Virus record (IMG/VR): IMGVR_UViG_3300027994_000006
Coordinates: 16,898-80,897 of that record
Direction: 5' to 3' (one strand)
Source of the DNA: a virus
Lineage: Duplodnaviria; Caudoviricetes
Length of the DNA stretch: 64,000 bases
Positions 63,668 to 64,000 of this stretch are shown here, one piece after another; the first letter of the stretch is position 1; each line of letters starts with the position of its first letter. A program made the position numbers and the translations under genes. The notes beneath the pieces were generated by a model. The model had not been told where the DNA came from and made no database searches. It saw only the letters and a program-made list of their open reading frames with translations.

Positions 63668-63721
63668 CTTCATAATTAGTTCTAAATATAATCTTTAAAA
63701 AACATTTTAAATTTTCTCATT

Positions 63722-64000
63722 ATGAAAAAATCAAATACAAAAATAACAGAATTTTGCAATAGAAATAATATTACAGAAGATCAATTTTATGGTAAAGATA
63801 CAGTTGGCGGTTCTCTTTACCTTAGATCATTAACAAGTATTCCGGAGGGATTCAACCCTACAGTTGGCGGTTCTCTTTACCTTAGATCATTAACAAGTAT
63901 TCCGGAGGGATTCAACCCTACAGTTGGCGGTTCTCTTTACCTTAGTTCATTAACAAGTATTCCGGAGGGATTCAACCCTACAGTTGGCGATTATCTTTAC
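63722..64000 (+). CDS. Leucine-rich-repeat protein, truncated by the window end
   Basis: MKKSNTKITEFCNRNNITEDQFYGKD, then (TVGGSLYLRSLTSIPEGFNP)n; no stop before the window edge. Confidence 0.8.
   Translation, partial: MKKSNTKITEFCNRNNITEDQFYGKDTVGGSLYLRSLTSIPEGFNPTVGGSLYLRSLTSIPEGFNPTVGGSLYLSSLTSIPEGFNPTVGDYLY
63800..64000 (+). repeat. 60-bp tandem coding repeat (at least 3.3 units)
   Basis: Units 63800-63859 and 63860-63919 identical, third differs by 1 nt; in frame with the LRR ORF. Confidence 0.95.

Larger units (their letters stand above)
1..64000. mobile_element. Temperate Bacteroidota podovirus-type phage genome (partial; extends beyond both window ends)
   Basis: Terminase, portal, scaffold, major capsid, tail nozzle, ejection proteins, lysis genes, integrase/xis and antirepressor all present; no tape measure or sheath; aspS is the only housekeeping gene. 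Confidence 0.95.

Noticed and set aside
63800-64000. 60-bp repeats as a CRISPR array
   Set aside because: Units are contiguous with no unique spacers and are in frame with an LRR ORF.

Overview
The whole 64-kb window is part of one temperate, podovirus-type bacteriophage genome of a Bacteroidota host. TAnnTTTG promoters, signal peptides cleaved before Gln, a VGINT-family moron and the aspS sequence point to the Chryseobacterium/Weeksellaceae group (inference). Both window ends fall inside phage ORFs, so the genome is longer than 64 kb. Layout from left to right: xis / intact attP-like site with a tRNA 3'-end core / tyrosine integrase; lysis cassette (GH108 endolysin, u-spanin candidate); tail fibre/spike genes (one with an SGNH esterase); a 3418-aa polyvalent virion protein (GNAT, ART-like, HExxH and LPD38-like domains) and other ejection proteins; tail tube/nozzle genes; divergent terminase-portal operon; DNA-metabolism/modification operon; a complete, host-like aspartyl-tRNA synthetase (aspS) embedded between phage genes; head operon; HNH gene followed by three structured non-coding RNAs (two tRNA-like with enlarged anticodon domains); a long early/middle run of small ORFs (MazG-like, RuvC-like, YopX, protein-kinase-like); morons; KilA-N antirepressor with a C4-like antisense leader; a second tyrosine recombinase; and a truncated 20-aa-repeat LRR ORF. 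Two phage-specific promoter classes, six copies each, are readable directly from the DNA. All product calls come from motif recognition by eye, with no database searches.
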